A stretch of DNA of 64,000 nucleotides from Terriglobia bacterium (lineage in GTDB: Bacteria > Acidobacteriota > Terriglobia > 20CM-2-55-15): assembly GCA_965198225.1 (NCBI GenBank), contig CBDAOY010000004.1, positions 352,001-416,000 on the forward strand. Reading direction: 5' to 3'. The notes under the pieces were generated by a model, which saw only the letters and a list, made by a program, of their open reading frames with translations, had not been told where the DNA came from and searched no databases. Positions within the stretch are counted from its first letter, which is position 1, and each line of letters opens with the position of its first letter. Below, in pieces: positions 21,885 to 30,781 of the stretch. The position numbers and the translations under genes were made by a program.

Positions 21885-22196
21885 ATGATCCGAATCGAGA
21901 GATGGGATACCGAACGCGACGGCCCGCTGTCTGAGCAGGCCATGCAGGAGAAGCTCGAAGCTCTCGGCTACGGTGTCGCCCGCTACGTCTACCCTCCGGG
22001 GACGTACTTCCCGGACCACACCCATGAGATCGACAAGTTGGACGCCGTCCTCTCCGGGCGCTTCCGCATGACCATACTCAACGAGAGCGCCATCCTCGAG
22101 GCCGGCGACTCTCTGAGGGTTCCGGCAGGAACCGTCCACAGCGCCGAAGTCATCGGCGACGAACCCGTCATCTCCCTGGACGCCACTCGCGACTAA
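21885..22196 (+). CDS. Cupin-domain protein
   Basis: PDHTH..VLSG..LEAGD..VPAGTVHSA. Confidence 0.85.
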   Translation: MIRIERWDTERDGPLSEQAMQEKLEALGYGVARYVYPPGTYFPDHTHEIDKLDAVLSGRFRMTILNESAILEAGDSLRVPAGTVHSAEVIGDEPVISLDATRD

Positions 22197-22304
22197 TTTT
22201 TCACCGCAAAGGGGCAAGAGGAATTGTTCGTTTGTCAGATCGTGTCGAAAACCGATCTCGTCATTTTCGTTACGCGGAAGGGACCGTGAGAGAGCCACTG
22301 TGAG

Positions 22305-22328
22305 GGGGACAGGGCTTGCCCTGTCCCC
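22305..22328. terminator. Hairpin between convergent genes (terminator or REP-like)
   Basis: Perfect 11-bp stem GGGGACAGGGC-TT-GCCCTGTCCCC; a related sequence occurs near 62122. Confidence 0.45.
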
Positions 22329-22431
22329 GGGTTTTGATCAAGCAAAAAAGTTCGCGCGGGTGTTCGTTTCACAGAAATGTTGGTGAACGAGCGGGTGTTC
22401 GTTTCACAGAAAAGTCGGCGAACGAGAATCC

Positions 22432-23679
22432 TCAGGTAAACATGTCGAAGGGTTCGAAGTCCCCGTTCAGTATCTCCCGCGTGTTCGTCTGTCCGAGCCA
22501 GCCTTCGATGACCGTCGCGTATACACGGCGGAAATCGGTGGTATAGACGAGGTTGTCGCCCTCGTCGAGTTCCGTCAGGCTGGGGATCTCGCCGTAGTGA
22601 CCGCCCTTCACGCTGTTTCCGATGACGAACATCAGGTTTGCGGCGCCATGGTCGGTTCCGAGACTGACGTTTTCGGGAACGCGACGTCCGAACTCGGAAA
22701 AGACCATCACGACGACATCGTCCGCCCGCCCGATCCGTTCCAGGTCGCGGATGAAACCCGACAGGGAATCAGCGCTGTAGGTCAATAGGCGCTGGTGTAG
22801 CTCGTTCTGGAAGACATGCGTGTCGAAGGCGTTGTTGCGGTACGTCGTGTAGTAGAGACGCGTCGGCATTTCCGCTTCGATCAAAGACACGACTTTCGGC
22901 AGGTCGAGCGACACCAACCCGTAGTCGATGGGGGAGGAATAGTTCGCCCACGCCTGTCTGACCAGAGACGACGCCTCGTTCGCGCTCCTGGCAATATCGA
23001 GCAGGAACCTTCGCGAAGGGTTCATATCACTCGTGCCGTCGGACACGTGCTGGAACAGCTCCCTTTCCTGGTAGAAGCCCTCGCGGGCGAACTTGTTCGG
23101 ATCGTTGAAGACGACGGGCGTGTGTTCCCGGCTCCGGACGGCTAGGGATTGCCTGGAGTCGATATTCACGAGGAAGTTCGGTGTCCCGCCCGGCTCCATC
23201 TCGTCAGCCAGGCGTCCGACCCACCCGTACTCCTCACCGCTGTTGGGGGCGGCGGTGTGCCAGTAGGCCATCGAGCTGAAGTGCGAGAAGGACGGATTCT
23301 CATAGCCGCATCCATGGACGACGGCCATTTTCCCGTCCTTGTACAGCCGTTCGAAACCGGCGGTGCCCCGGTTGAACCCGAAATGATCGTCGATCTTCCG
23401 GAGTGTGGCGGCCTTGAGGCCGATGCCGGGTCGATGCCGATAGTAGGCATCGTCTCCGTATGGCACCAGCGTATTCAGCCCGTCGTTCCCGCCCGAGAGC
23501 TCGAACACGACCAGAATCTTGTTGTCGTTCGCCGCCTGAGCGGCGACGGAAGAGGCGGCTCGCGCGAACAGCGGCGGCACGGGGAAAGCGCCAACGGCGC
23601 CGACACCGATGCCGAACAAGCCGGCTCGCAGCAAGTCGCGCCGGGTGATCCCTTGTTTCGAAATGTCTCGTTTACCCAT
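22432..23679 (-). CDS. DUF1501 domain protein (Tat signal)
   Basis: TRRDLL; LSGGNDGLN, SHFSS, FDTH, SEFGRR, GTDHG, DFRRVYA. Confidence 0.9.
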   Translation of the reverse strand: MGKRDISKQGITRRDLLRAGLFGIGVGAVGAFPVPPLFARAASSVAAQAANDNKILVVFELSGGNDGLNTLVPYGDDAYYRHRPGIGLKAATLRKIDDHFGFNRGTAGFERLYKDGKMAVVHGCGYENPSFSHFSSMAYWHTAAPNSGEEYGWVGRLADEMEPGGTPNFLVNIDSRQSLAVRSREHTPVVFNDPNKFAREGFYQERELFQHVSDGTSDMNPSRRFLLDIARSANEASSLVRQAWANYSSPIDYGLVSLDLPKVVSLIEAEMPTRLYYTTYRNNAFDTHVFQNELHQRLLTYSADSLSGFIRDLERIGRADDVVVMVFSEFGRRVPENVSLGTDHGAANLMFVIGNSVKGGHYGEIPSLTELDEGDNLVYTTDFRRVYATVIEGWLGQTNTREILNGDFEPFDMFT

Positions 23680-23689
23680 GGTTGTTACC

Positions 23690-25504
23690 TCAGCTGAGCT
23701 GGTACTCCGGCTCGCTCATGATCAGGTGGAGCACCAGACGAAGCGGATCCTCGAGATAGCTCTCGGCTCCACTGATGTCGCCGGTTCCCAGTTCGTCCGT
23801 CAGAAAGTCGATCAGCATGCGGCGCTTGTCGGCTCCCGGTGCAACGCGCATGAAGCGGTGAATCAAGTAGTCGACGACCTGTTCGGTGTTTGTGAGGTTC
23901 TCGTCCACAATCATTCGCGTCAGGTTGACCTGCGCGGCGTGGCGCGGAATCGGCTTGACGCGTTGGATGGCCATCTGCCATCCGCGGAAGCTGCCGTAGC
24001 GCGTGTTGAAGTCCTCGTCGCGGTCGGCCATCATGTTCGACTCCGCCATCATCTCGCCCGTGTCGGGCATCGTAGACGTGGTGATGTCGTAGCCTCGCGC
24101 GATGTTGTCGGCCACGGCGCGAATCGTTGCGCTTCCGCTGTACCGGTCGGGCGGGAGGAAGTTGATATCGGGAAAAAGGACGTCGCGGATGAAGTTACCG
24201 CGCTCCAGAAGCAAGCCCGGCGTGATCCAGCTCCGACCGTGCGCCCATCCTGCGACCGTTGGCGGGCGGAACAAAAACTGGCCGAGAGCCGAAGTCGCCC
24301 GGTTGAAATCGGGCACTCCCGGCACTTCCTCGAGCCCCAGCTTGCGGAATGTCGATATTGCCAGCTGGACCGGACTCTTGAGGTAGGTGCCGACGGATGG
24401 CGGACTGTAGAAATCCTTCGACAGGAAGATCGTCTGCAGCAGCGGGGCGATCTCGTAGTTCGCGTCCCGCAGTATGGACCCGAGCCTCGGTTGCAGTTCG
24501 GGGGAAAGTTCCTGGCGGACGAAGTAGCGGTAGATCTTGCCGGCCAGATAATCCGCCGTGACCTGTTGTCGGAGGATGATGTCGATGACATCCACCCCAT
24601 CGAAGTTTCCCGTTTCTCCGAGGACTGTTTTCGTTCCGTCGTCATGTTCGTCCTCGTTGACGACGAACGTCAGGTCTTCGTAGTTCCAGCCGGTGAAGGC
24701 GCGTGCCGCTTCCCGGATGTCGGTCTCGGTATAGTTGCCGACACCCATCGTGAACAGTTCCATGATCTCGCGTGCGAAGTTCTCGTTCGGCGCGCCCTTC
24801 ACGTTGACGCCCGCATCGAGGAACGACAGCATCGCCGGGTCCCGGGCCACGGCCGCCATGAGGTTCCGGAAGTTTCCGGTACCGTGCTGGTAGAAGAGGC
24901 CCAGCTGGTTGAGCATCTTGCGGTAGTCCCGAACCTTGCCCTCGTTGACGGCGTAATGGCCGTGCCAGAACAGGGCCATCTTTTCCTCTAAAGGATGATT
25001 GGTGGCGACCATGCGGTTGGCCCACCAGTAACCCACGCGGTTGGTCTCCAGGACGCTGGCCCTCAGCCAGTAGAAGAACTTGTTCACAACCGGCTGGAGC
25101 CGCCGGTTTCCCGATGGCTTGACCTTGATGCCGAGCGCTTCACCCGTCTCTTTGGCCAGGTCGGTCGTGGCGGGTCGACTGGGAGGGAATGGCTCCAGGC
25201 CAGCATCGTGAACCCCCGAGTGGTCAAAAGGACGGAGATGGCTGTTGTCGATCGGGTGGAAATCGACGAAGTGGAGGACCGCCTCTTCGGGCGTCATGGC
25301 GGCCACCGCCTCGATCTCTTCCGGCGTGCCACCGAAACCGGCCCGTTCCAGCAGGTGCGCTGCGCGCTCGTAGTTCCAATCGTCCGGCCCGATGGGCGCG
25401 AGATCATCCTTCCATTCGGCCGGACCAGCTCCCTGGGCGAGCCCGGCCACCGGCACAGCGAGCAACAAAACCGTTGCGAGCGTCAGCTGCAATCGTGCAT
25501 CCAT
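23690..25504 (-). CDS. DUF1800 domain protein
   Basis: AAHLLERAGFG, EKMALFWHGH, NENFAREIMELFTMG, PPTVAGW, PEYQL; operonic with DUF1501. Confidence 0.9.
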   Translation of the reverse strand: MDARLQLTLATVLLLAVPVAGLAQGAGPAEWKDDLAPIGPDDWNYERAAHLLERAGFGGTPEEIEAVAAMTPEEAVLHFVDFHPIDNSHLRPFDHSGVHDAGLEPFPPSRPATTDLAKETGEALGIKVKPSGNRRLQPVVNKFFYWLRASVLETNRVGYWWANRMVATNHPLEEKMALFWHGHYAVNEGKVRDYRKMLNQLGLFYQHGTGNFRNLMAAVARDPAMLSFLDAGVNVKGAPNENFAREIMELFTMGVGNYTETDIREAARAFTGWNYEDLTFVVNEDEHDDGTKTVLGETGNFDGVDVIDIILRQQVTADYLAGKIYRYFVRQELSPELQPRLGSILRDANYEIAPLLQTIFLSKDFYSPPSVGTYLKSPVQLAISTFRKLGLEEVPGVPDFNRATSALGQFLFRPPTVAGWAHGRSWITPGLLLERGNFIRDVLFPDINFLPPDRYSGSATIRAVADNIARGYDITTSTMPDTGEMMAESNMMADRDEDFNTRYGSFRGWQMAIQRVKPIPRHAAQVNLTRMIVDENLTNTEQVVDYLIHRFMRVAPGADKRRMLIDFLTDELGTGDISGAESYLEDPLRLVLHLIMSEPEYQLS

Positions 25505-25611
25505 CCGAAAGCCTCCCTTGCAGGGCAAAAAGGGGAATTCAATTCGCCTCCTATTCTAGTTTTTGTCCGGCCTGGGGATCAAATGATTGCTGTAGCGGGG
25601 TCCATCGGTGC

Positions 25612-25795
25612 GTGTACGTGCGCTCTATGAGCGCACGTTGTTTCGGTCCGAAGAATGTGCGGTCATAGACCGCCCCTACACGTGGCTGCCCACTGTGCAT
25701 CTCGTGGTCAAAACTCCGCTCGGGTGTAGGTGCGCTCTATGAGCGCACAGATGTTCCGGCCCAGAAGAATGTGCGGTCATAGACCGCCCCTACAC
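25612..25795. repeat. Two tandem GTAG-REP doublets (25612-25681 and 25724-25795)
   Basis: Same paired hairpins as at 12145, opposite orientation, with minor variants. Confidence 0.9.
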
Positions 25796-25802
25796 CTCGG
25801 TT

Positions 25803-28490
25803 TTATTCGTGTCTTAGCGAGTCCGACGGATCCACGCTCATCGCTCGTCTGGCCGGCAGGTAGCTGGCCGCGAACGACACGGCGATCAGGAGAGCCGCGA
25901 TCGCGGCGAAGCTGGGTGCATCGGTCGGGCTGACTTCGAACAGCAGTCCCTCCATCAGCCGGGTCAGCGCCAGAGCCCCGCCGAGCCCGATGCCGGTCCC
26001 GATGCCGGCGAGCAGCATCCCTTTTCCGACTATAAGGCGAAACACCGTGTTCCTTCCGGCGCCCAGAGCCACTCGGATTCCGATCTCGTGTGTCCGCTGC
26101 GCGACCGAGTAAGAGATCACCCCGTAGACACCGATCGCGGCCAGAGCCAGCGCGAGCGCGGCAAAAATTGCCAGCATCGACATCGAAAACTGTCTGTCCG
26201 CCATCGAGACGGCCACGAGTTCTTCCATCGATTGGACGCCCCAGATCGGTTGGTCGGGATCGCCTTCGGCCACTGCCGCCCTGAGAGACGGAACCAGGCT
26301 CGACGGTGGCAGGGTGCTCCGGATCGCGAGGCTCAGGTTGCGTCCCGTCCGCTGGGCCTGTGGCAGGTAGACCTGGAACCTGGTGTCGTCGTCGAGCCGC
26401 CCGTGTTTGATATTCCCCGCCACTCCGACAATCTCCCGCCAGATCGGCTCGTCCTGCTCGAAATAAGACAGCCGCCGGCCGATCGGATCCCGCCCCGGAA
26501 AAAGAGTGTCGGCGACGTGTTCGTTGACCACTGCCACGAGCCGGGCGTCCTCGGTGTCCTGTCGGCGGAAACCGCGCCCCCGCACCAGGGGAATCCCCAT
26601 TGTCTCGAAATAATCGGGAGTCACGATCCAACGGTCCCCGTGTAGCTCGGAAACATCGATGTCCGTCGAGCCGTCGTCGACCCGGAACGACGCCTGGGAA
26701 TGTCCGCCGGCGAGCGGCAGAAGGTTCGCTCCGGCGACGGATTCGACACCGGGTATCGCACCGATGCGGTCGCGCAGACCGTCGAAGAAAGCCAGGATCG
26801 GCCCTTCGTTGTCGTACTTGGCCGGTGGCAACGACACGTTCAGCTTGAGCAGGTTGTCGGGTCGAAACCCCGGGTCGACTCCCTGAAGCCGGACGAAGCT
26901 CTTGATCATCAGGGCAGAACCCACGAGCAGCACGAGGGCGAGAGCGACTTCCGAGACGACCAGCGCGCTGCGGAGACGGCTCTGCCTGCCGCTGCCCGCA
27001 CTCTTCGAGCATTCCTTCAGACTCTCGACCAGGCGGAGGCCGGACGACTGAAAGATCGGAGCCAGTCCGAAGATGACGCCGGTCACAACCGAGAGGCCGA
27101 GCGTCAACGCGAGGATCCGGGAGTCCATGGCCAGAGTCTGGAGACGTGGGATGTTGTCGACAGCGAAGGTCGGCAGCAGCTGAATGCCGAGGCGAGCCAA
27201 TCCGAAGCCGATCAGTCCGCCCGCCAGGCTGAGCATGATTGTTTCACTCAGGAACAGGCGCACGAGACGCGAGCGCGAGGCGCCGATCGCGGTCCGCAGC
27301 GCGATCTCCCGTTGCCGGTTGGCGGATCGGACGAGCAACAGGTTGGCGACGTTGGCGCACGCTATGAGCAGTACGAAGCCCACCGTGCCAAGCAGGATCA
27401 ACAACGCCGGCCGGACGTCACCGACCACCTGTTCCTCGAGCGGCGATATGTGCCATTTGCCGAAGCCGATGTCGGCGTAGACGGACTCCCGCAGACGTGC
27501 CGAGATGCCGTCCATCTCGGACTGCGCCTGAGCGATCGTGGCGCCCGCCCGAACGCGTCCGACAACGGCGAGGAACTCGGAGCCCCGACGATCCGGGCTC
27601 TTCATCTCCTGCGTGAACGCAATCGGCGAATACACGTCTCGATCTCCCGAGGGCAGCCAGAGGTCTTCGGGCAGGACGCCCACCACCTCGTAGCTGTTGC
27701 CGTTGATCGTCATGATCTTACCCACGATCAACGGGTCGGCTCCGAACCGTCGCTTCCAGAAACCGTCGCTCAACACCAGAACCTGATCGATACCCGGCTG
27801 ATCTTCTTCTTCCAGGAAGTCGCGGCCCATCGCCGGTTCGATTCCGAAAGTTCGGAAGAACGACCACGACACCAGCATTCCCGAAAGGCGCTCCGGCCGG
27901 TCGATACCGGTCAGGTTTGCGCTCCACCCGCTGTAGGCGGAGAGGCTTTCAATCAAGGAGGCTTGTTCCTGGTAGTCGATGAACCCCGGAACCGACACCG
28001 ATGCGGTAAGCGAGAGAGACGGATACTCGTGGTAGAGACGGACGAGCTGATCCGGTTCTTCGTAAGGCAGGGGGTCGAGGAGGACGCGATCGACGACGGA
28101 GAAGATGGCGGTGTTGGCGCCTATGCCGAGCGCCAGCGTCAGAACCGCCGTGACGGTAAAGCCCGGACTCTTGATCAACCCGCGAAACGCGTATCGAATA
28201 TCTTGAAAGGTCATCTCCAGAAGGCTCCCTTGCTGGTGTTGAGAGTGCGGACCCGGTCTGCTTTCGCTGCCGCGAATCGTCTCCAGGTGCTCTCGAACGA
28301 ACGTCCGGGCGAGATCGGACAGGGCGCGCGACCATGCTTCGTAGCGGCTAGAGTCGAAGCACATCTGCCGGAAGTCTTCGGCCATGTCCGCACTGAACCG
28401 CTTGCGGAATTCTCGGGGCAGTGCGTTCAACAAGAGGCGGTAGGCACCAGTCGAGAGGCGGAACCGCTGTCGGGAGCTCAGTCGCTTCAT
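25803..28490 (-). CDS. ADOP-type duplicated ABC permease (MacB_PCD/FtsX x2) with N-terminal extension
   Basis: QDIRYAFR..PGF..LALGIGANTAIFS, LLIACANVANLL, EIGIRVALGA, YLPARRA. Confidence 0.92.
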   Translation of the reverse strand: MKRLSSRQRFRLSTGAYRLLLNALPREFRKRFSADMAEDFRQMCFDSSRYEAWSRALSDLARTFVREHLETIRGSESRPGPHSQHQQGSLLEMTFQDIRYAFRGLIKSPGFTVTAVLTLALGIGANTAIFSVVDRVLLDPLPYEEPDQLVRLYHEYPSLSLTASVSVPGFIDYQEQASLIESLSAYSGWSANLTGIDRPERLSGMLVSWSFFRTFGIEPAMGRDFLEEEDQPGIDQVLVLSDGFWKRRFGADPLIVGKIMTINGNSYEVVGVLPEDLWLPSGDRDVYSPIAFTQEMKSPDRRGSEFLAVVGRVRAGATIAQAQSEMDGISARLRESVYADIGFGKWHISPLEEQVVGDVRPALLILLGTVGFVLLIACANVANLLLVRSANRQREIALRTAIGASRSRLVRLFLSETIMLSLAGGLIGFGLARLGIQLLPTFAVDNIPRLQTLAMDSRILALTLGLSVVTGVIFGLAPIFQSSGLRLVESLKECSKSAGSGRQSRLRSALVVSEVALALVLLVGSALMIKSFVRLQGVDPGFRPDNLLKLNVSLPPAKYDNEGPILAFFDGLRDRIGAIPGVESVAGANLLPLAGGHSQASFRVDDGSTDIDVSELHGDRWIVTPDYFETMGIPLVRGRGFRRQDTEDARLVAVVNEHVADTLFPGRDPIGRRLSYFEQDEPIWREIVGVAGNIKHGRLDDDTRFQVYLPQAQRTGRNLSLAIRSTLPPSSLVPSLRAAVAEGDPDQPIWGVQSMEELVAVSMADRQFSMSMLAIFAALALALAAIGVYGVISYSVAQRTHEIGIRVALGAGRNTVFRLIVGKGMLLAGIGTGIGLGGALALTRLMEGLLFEVSPTDAPSFAAIAALLIAVSFAASYLPARRAMSVDPSDSLRHE

Positions 28491-28849
28491 TTTGACGACG
28501 CTCCTTTCGGCAGGAGGTTGCGATCGCGGACAAGACCGGCAAGTCGGGTGATCCGGGCGGATTCCTCATGGAGCGCTCTCCGCCCCTCTTCGGTCAGCGC
28601 GAAGGTGCGTCGAGGCCGCCCACGGCCGCCGGGTTTGCCTTCGACTTCCGCCACCAGACCGGCGTCTTGCATCCGCTGGAGCGAACCATAGATTGTTCCC
28701 GGCCCCATCCGGATCGCCTGAGGCCCGGAGCTTTCTTCGACCGCTTTCATGATCGCGTACCCGTGTTGCTTGCCTTCGGCCAGTGCCAGCAGGATGTGAA
28801 ACACCGCTGGAGTGAGTGGCGAGGTTCCCGCCTCGTCGCTGGACTTCAT
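28487..28849 (-). CDS. PadR-family transcriptional regulator
   Basis: HILLAL..HGYAI..GPGTIYGSLQRM..GLV..RRTFALTEEGR; stop overlaps the permease start. Confidence 0.92.
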   Translation of the reverse strand: MKSSDEAGTSPLTPAVFHILLALAEGKQHGYAIMKAVEESSGPQAIRMGPGTIYGSLQRMQDAGLVAEVEGKPGGRGRPRRTFALTEEGRRALHEESARITRLAGLVRDRNLLPKGASSK

Positions 28850-28896
28850 CGCGTTGAACCTGTCCGTGTCTCTTGAAGACCGTCGTCGCTTATTTT

Positions 28897-28947
28897 GGTT
28901 ACTGATATTTCCGTCACAGATATTACCGTAACAGTAATAAATGACAA
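28897..28947 (-). promoter_or_regulatory. Putative padR promoter/operator
   Basis: On the minus strand TTGTCA-N16-TAATAT overlaps three imperfect 15-bp tandem units and the imperfect palindrome ATTTCCGTCACAGATAT. Confidence 0.5.
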
Positions 28948-28961
28948 TACGAAGAAAATAA

Positions 28962-28979
28962 GGGTCAGAGCCCCCATTT
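28962..28979. repeat. Second palindromic repeat family (GGGGGCAGAGCCCCCATTT); other copies at 30679, 35777, 53243, 57461 and 57517
   Basis: Near-identical 18-23 bp intergenic copies in both orientations. Confidence 0.8.
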
Positions 28980-29088
28980 CCCTGTTTTGTTCATCAACTA
29001 TCGCAGTTTCATGAGAAGAAAAACGGCAAGCGTTGTGCCGATTTCCCCTCCGCGTTACGGTTATCGCTGTGGTTAAATCTAACGACTT

Positions 29089-30612
29089 ATGAGACACACT
29101 TTTCTTGCCTTGTGGCTCCTGCTCCCGAATTTCCTGTCGGCCCAGGACGCCGCGGTGGAGGCCGCACGCGACTACCGCCATGCGAACGGCGCCAAGATAC
29201 TGGCGGATTTTGCCGAACTGCTTTCGATCCCCAACGTGGCCAGCGATGCGGACGGCATCGGGAGAAACGCCGAGTACGTCCGCGACCAGTTTCTCGAGCG
29301 CGGCGTCGAAATGGAGCTGCTGACCCTGCCCGGAGCACCACCCATCATTTTCGGTGAGATCACGAGACCGAACGCCACACGGACCCTCGCCGTCTATGTG
29401 CACTATGACGGTCAGCCGGCCGACCCGTCGCAGTGGACGCACGCCCCGTGGGAGCCGACTCTGTACACCGCGGCCATCGAGTCGGGAGGGGTGGCCCGGG
29501 CCTTGCCGGCCTCCGGAGAGGAAATCGATCCGGAGTGGCGTCTTTACGCGCGATCGGCCGGAGACGACAAAGCTCCGATCGCGGCGATGCTGGCCGTCCT
29601 GGATGCTTTTGCCGAAAACGACATCGCGATTACCTCGAACATCAAGTTTTTCTTTGAGGGCGAAGAGGAGGCCGGGTCGGCCCGCCTGCCCGAGTACCTG
29701 GAAACGTATCGCGACCGCCTGAACGATATCGACGTGTGGCTTTTCTGCGACGGCCCCGTGCACCAGAGCCGCGCGCCTCAGCTTGTATTCGGCGCCCGCG
29801 GTGTAACCGGAATGGAAATCACGATCTATGGCGCCAACCGATCGCTCCACAGCGGTCACTACGGTAACTGGGCCCCGGTCCCTGGAGCGATGCTTGCCAA
29901 CCTGCTGGCGAGCATGAAGGACGACACCGGCAGGGTTCTGGTCGAGGGTTTCTATGACAGTGTCGTACCGATTGGCGACGAGGAACGCGCGGCGCTTGAA
30001 AACCTGCCCGACATCGATCCGGAACTCCGTGAGTCATTCGGGTTGGTCGAGACCGAAGCCGATAACGCGCCTCTCGCTGAACGGTTGCTCTTGCCGGCCC
30101 TCACGGTCCGTGGACTCTCGAGCGGCAACGTGGGAGCCCTGGCCCGTAACATCATCCCTTCTTCGGCCACGGCGACGTTGGGTATTCGTCTCGTGAAGGG
30201 TAATGACCCGGAACGGATGAAGGATCTTGTCGAGAACCACATCCGCGCCCAGGGCTACCACATCGTGAGCGAAGACCCCGATGCGGAGACGCGTCTCGCC
30301 TACCCGCGGATCGCGAAAGTCACGCGGGGAGGCGGGTACCCGGCCGCCCGAACCCCGATGGATCTACCCATCTCCAAAGCCTTGTTTGAGGCCGTGCAGC
30401 GCGCGGCCGGCGATGCGGCTTTGAAGGTGCCTGCCCTGGGCGGGTCCCTACCCCTGTACCTGTTTTCGGATCCGGCTCACATGAACCAACCGGCAGTCAT
30501 CGTGCCGGTCGCGAATCACGACAACAACCAGCACGCGGCGGACGAGAACCTGAGAATCGCCAACCTCTGGTACGCCATCGACCTCTATGCGGCTCTGCTG
30601 ACGATGCCTTGA
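29089..30612 (+). CDS. Secreted M20/M25/M40-family metallo-hydrolase
   Basis: Signal peptide; HYDGQP, ARSAGDDK, EGEEEAGS, LHSGHYG, NQHAADEN. Confidence 0.92.
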   Translation: MRHTFLALWLLLPNFLSAQDAAVEAARDYRHANGAKILADFAELLSIPNVASDADGIGRNAEYVRDQFLERGVEMELLTLPGAPPIIFGEITRPNATRTLAVYVHYDGQPADPSQWTHAPWEPTLYTAAIESGGVARALPASGEEIDPEWRLYARSAGDDKAPIAAMLAVLDAFAENDIAITSNIKFFFEGEEEAGSARLPEYLETYRDRLNDIDVWLFCDGPVHQSRAPQLVFGARGVTGMEITIYGANRSLHSGHYGNWAPVPGAMLANLLASMKDDTGRVLVEGFYDSVVPIGDEERAALENLPDIDPELRESFGLVETEADNAPLAERLLLPALTVRGLSSGNVGALARNIIPSSATATLGIRLVKGNDPERMKDLVENHIRAQGYHIVSEDPDAETRLAYPRIAKVTRGGGYPAARTPMDLPISKALFEAVQRAAGDAALKVPALGGSLPLYLFSDPAHMNQPAVIVPVANHDNNQHAADENLRIANLWYAIDLYAALLTMP

Positions 30613-30781
30613 TGGGCAAACCCAGGTGGTCACAGTGGCAATCCTCTCGGCCTGGATTCTGTGTATTGTGAAATAGGGAAATGGGGGCTCTGCCCCCTCT
30701 TTTTTCATTCATTCAGTGGTTGGGAAATGTGTGGGAGAGGGTGTGCGGGCGACTATCCATGGTCGCCCGACAGAGAGTATC

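Noticed and set aside
22356-22426. Two 35-bp-period repeats (GCGGGTGTTCGTTTCACAGAAA..GAACGAG) as a mini-CRISPR
   Set aside because: Only two units, the intervening sequences are short and similar to each other, and no cas genes are present; this is a simple tandem duplication.
26700-28691. Long antisense ORFs (also 23609-24991, 44607-46202, 55492-57486 and others)
   Set aside because: They are shadow ORFs opposite well-supported genes in high-GC DNA and show no motifs.
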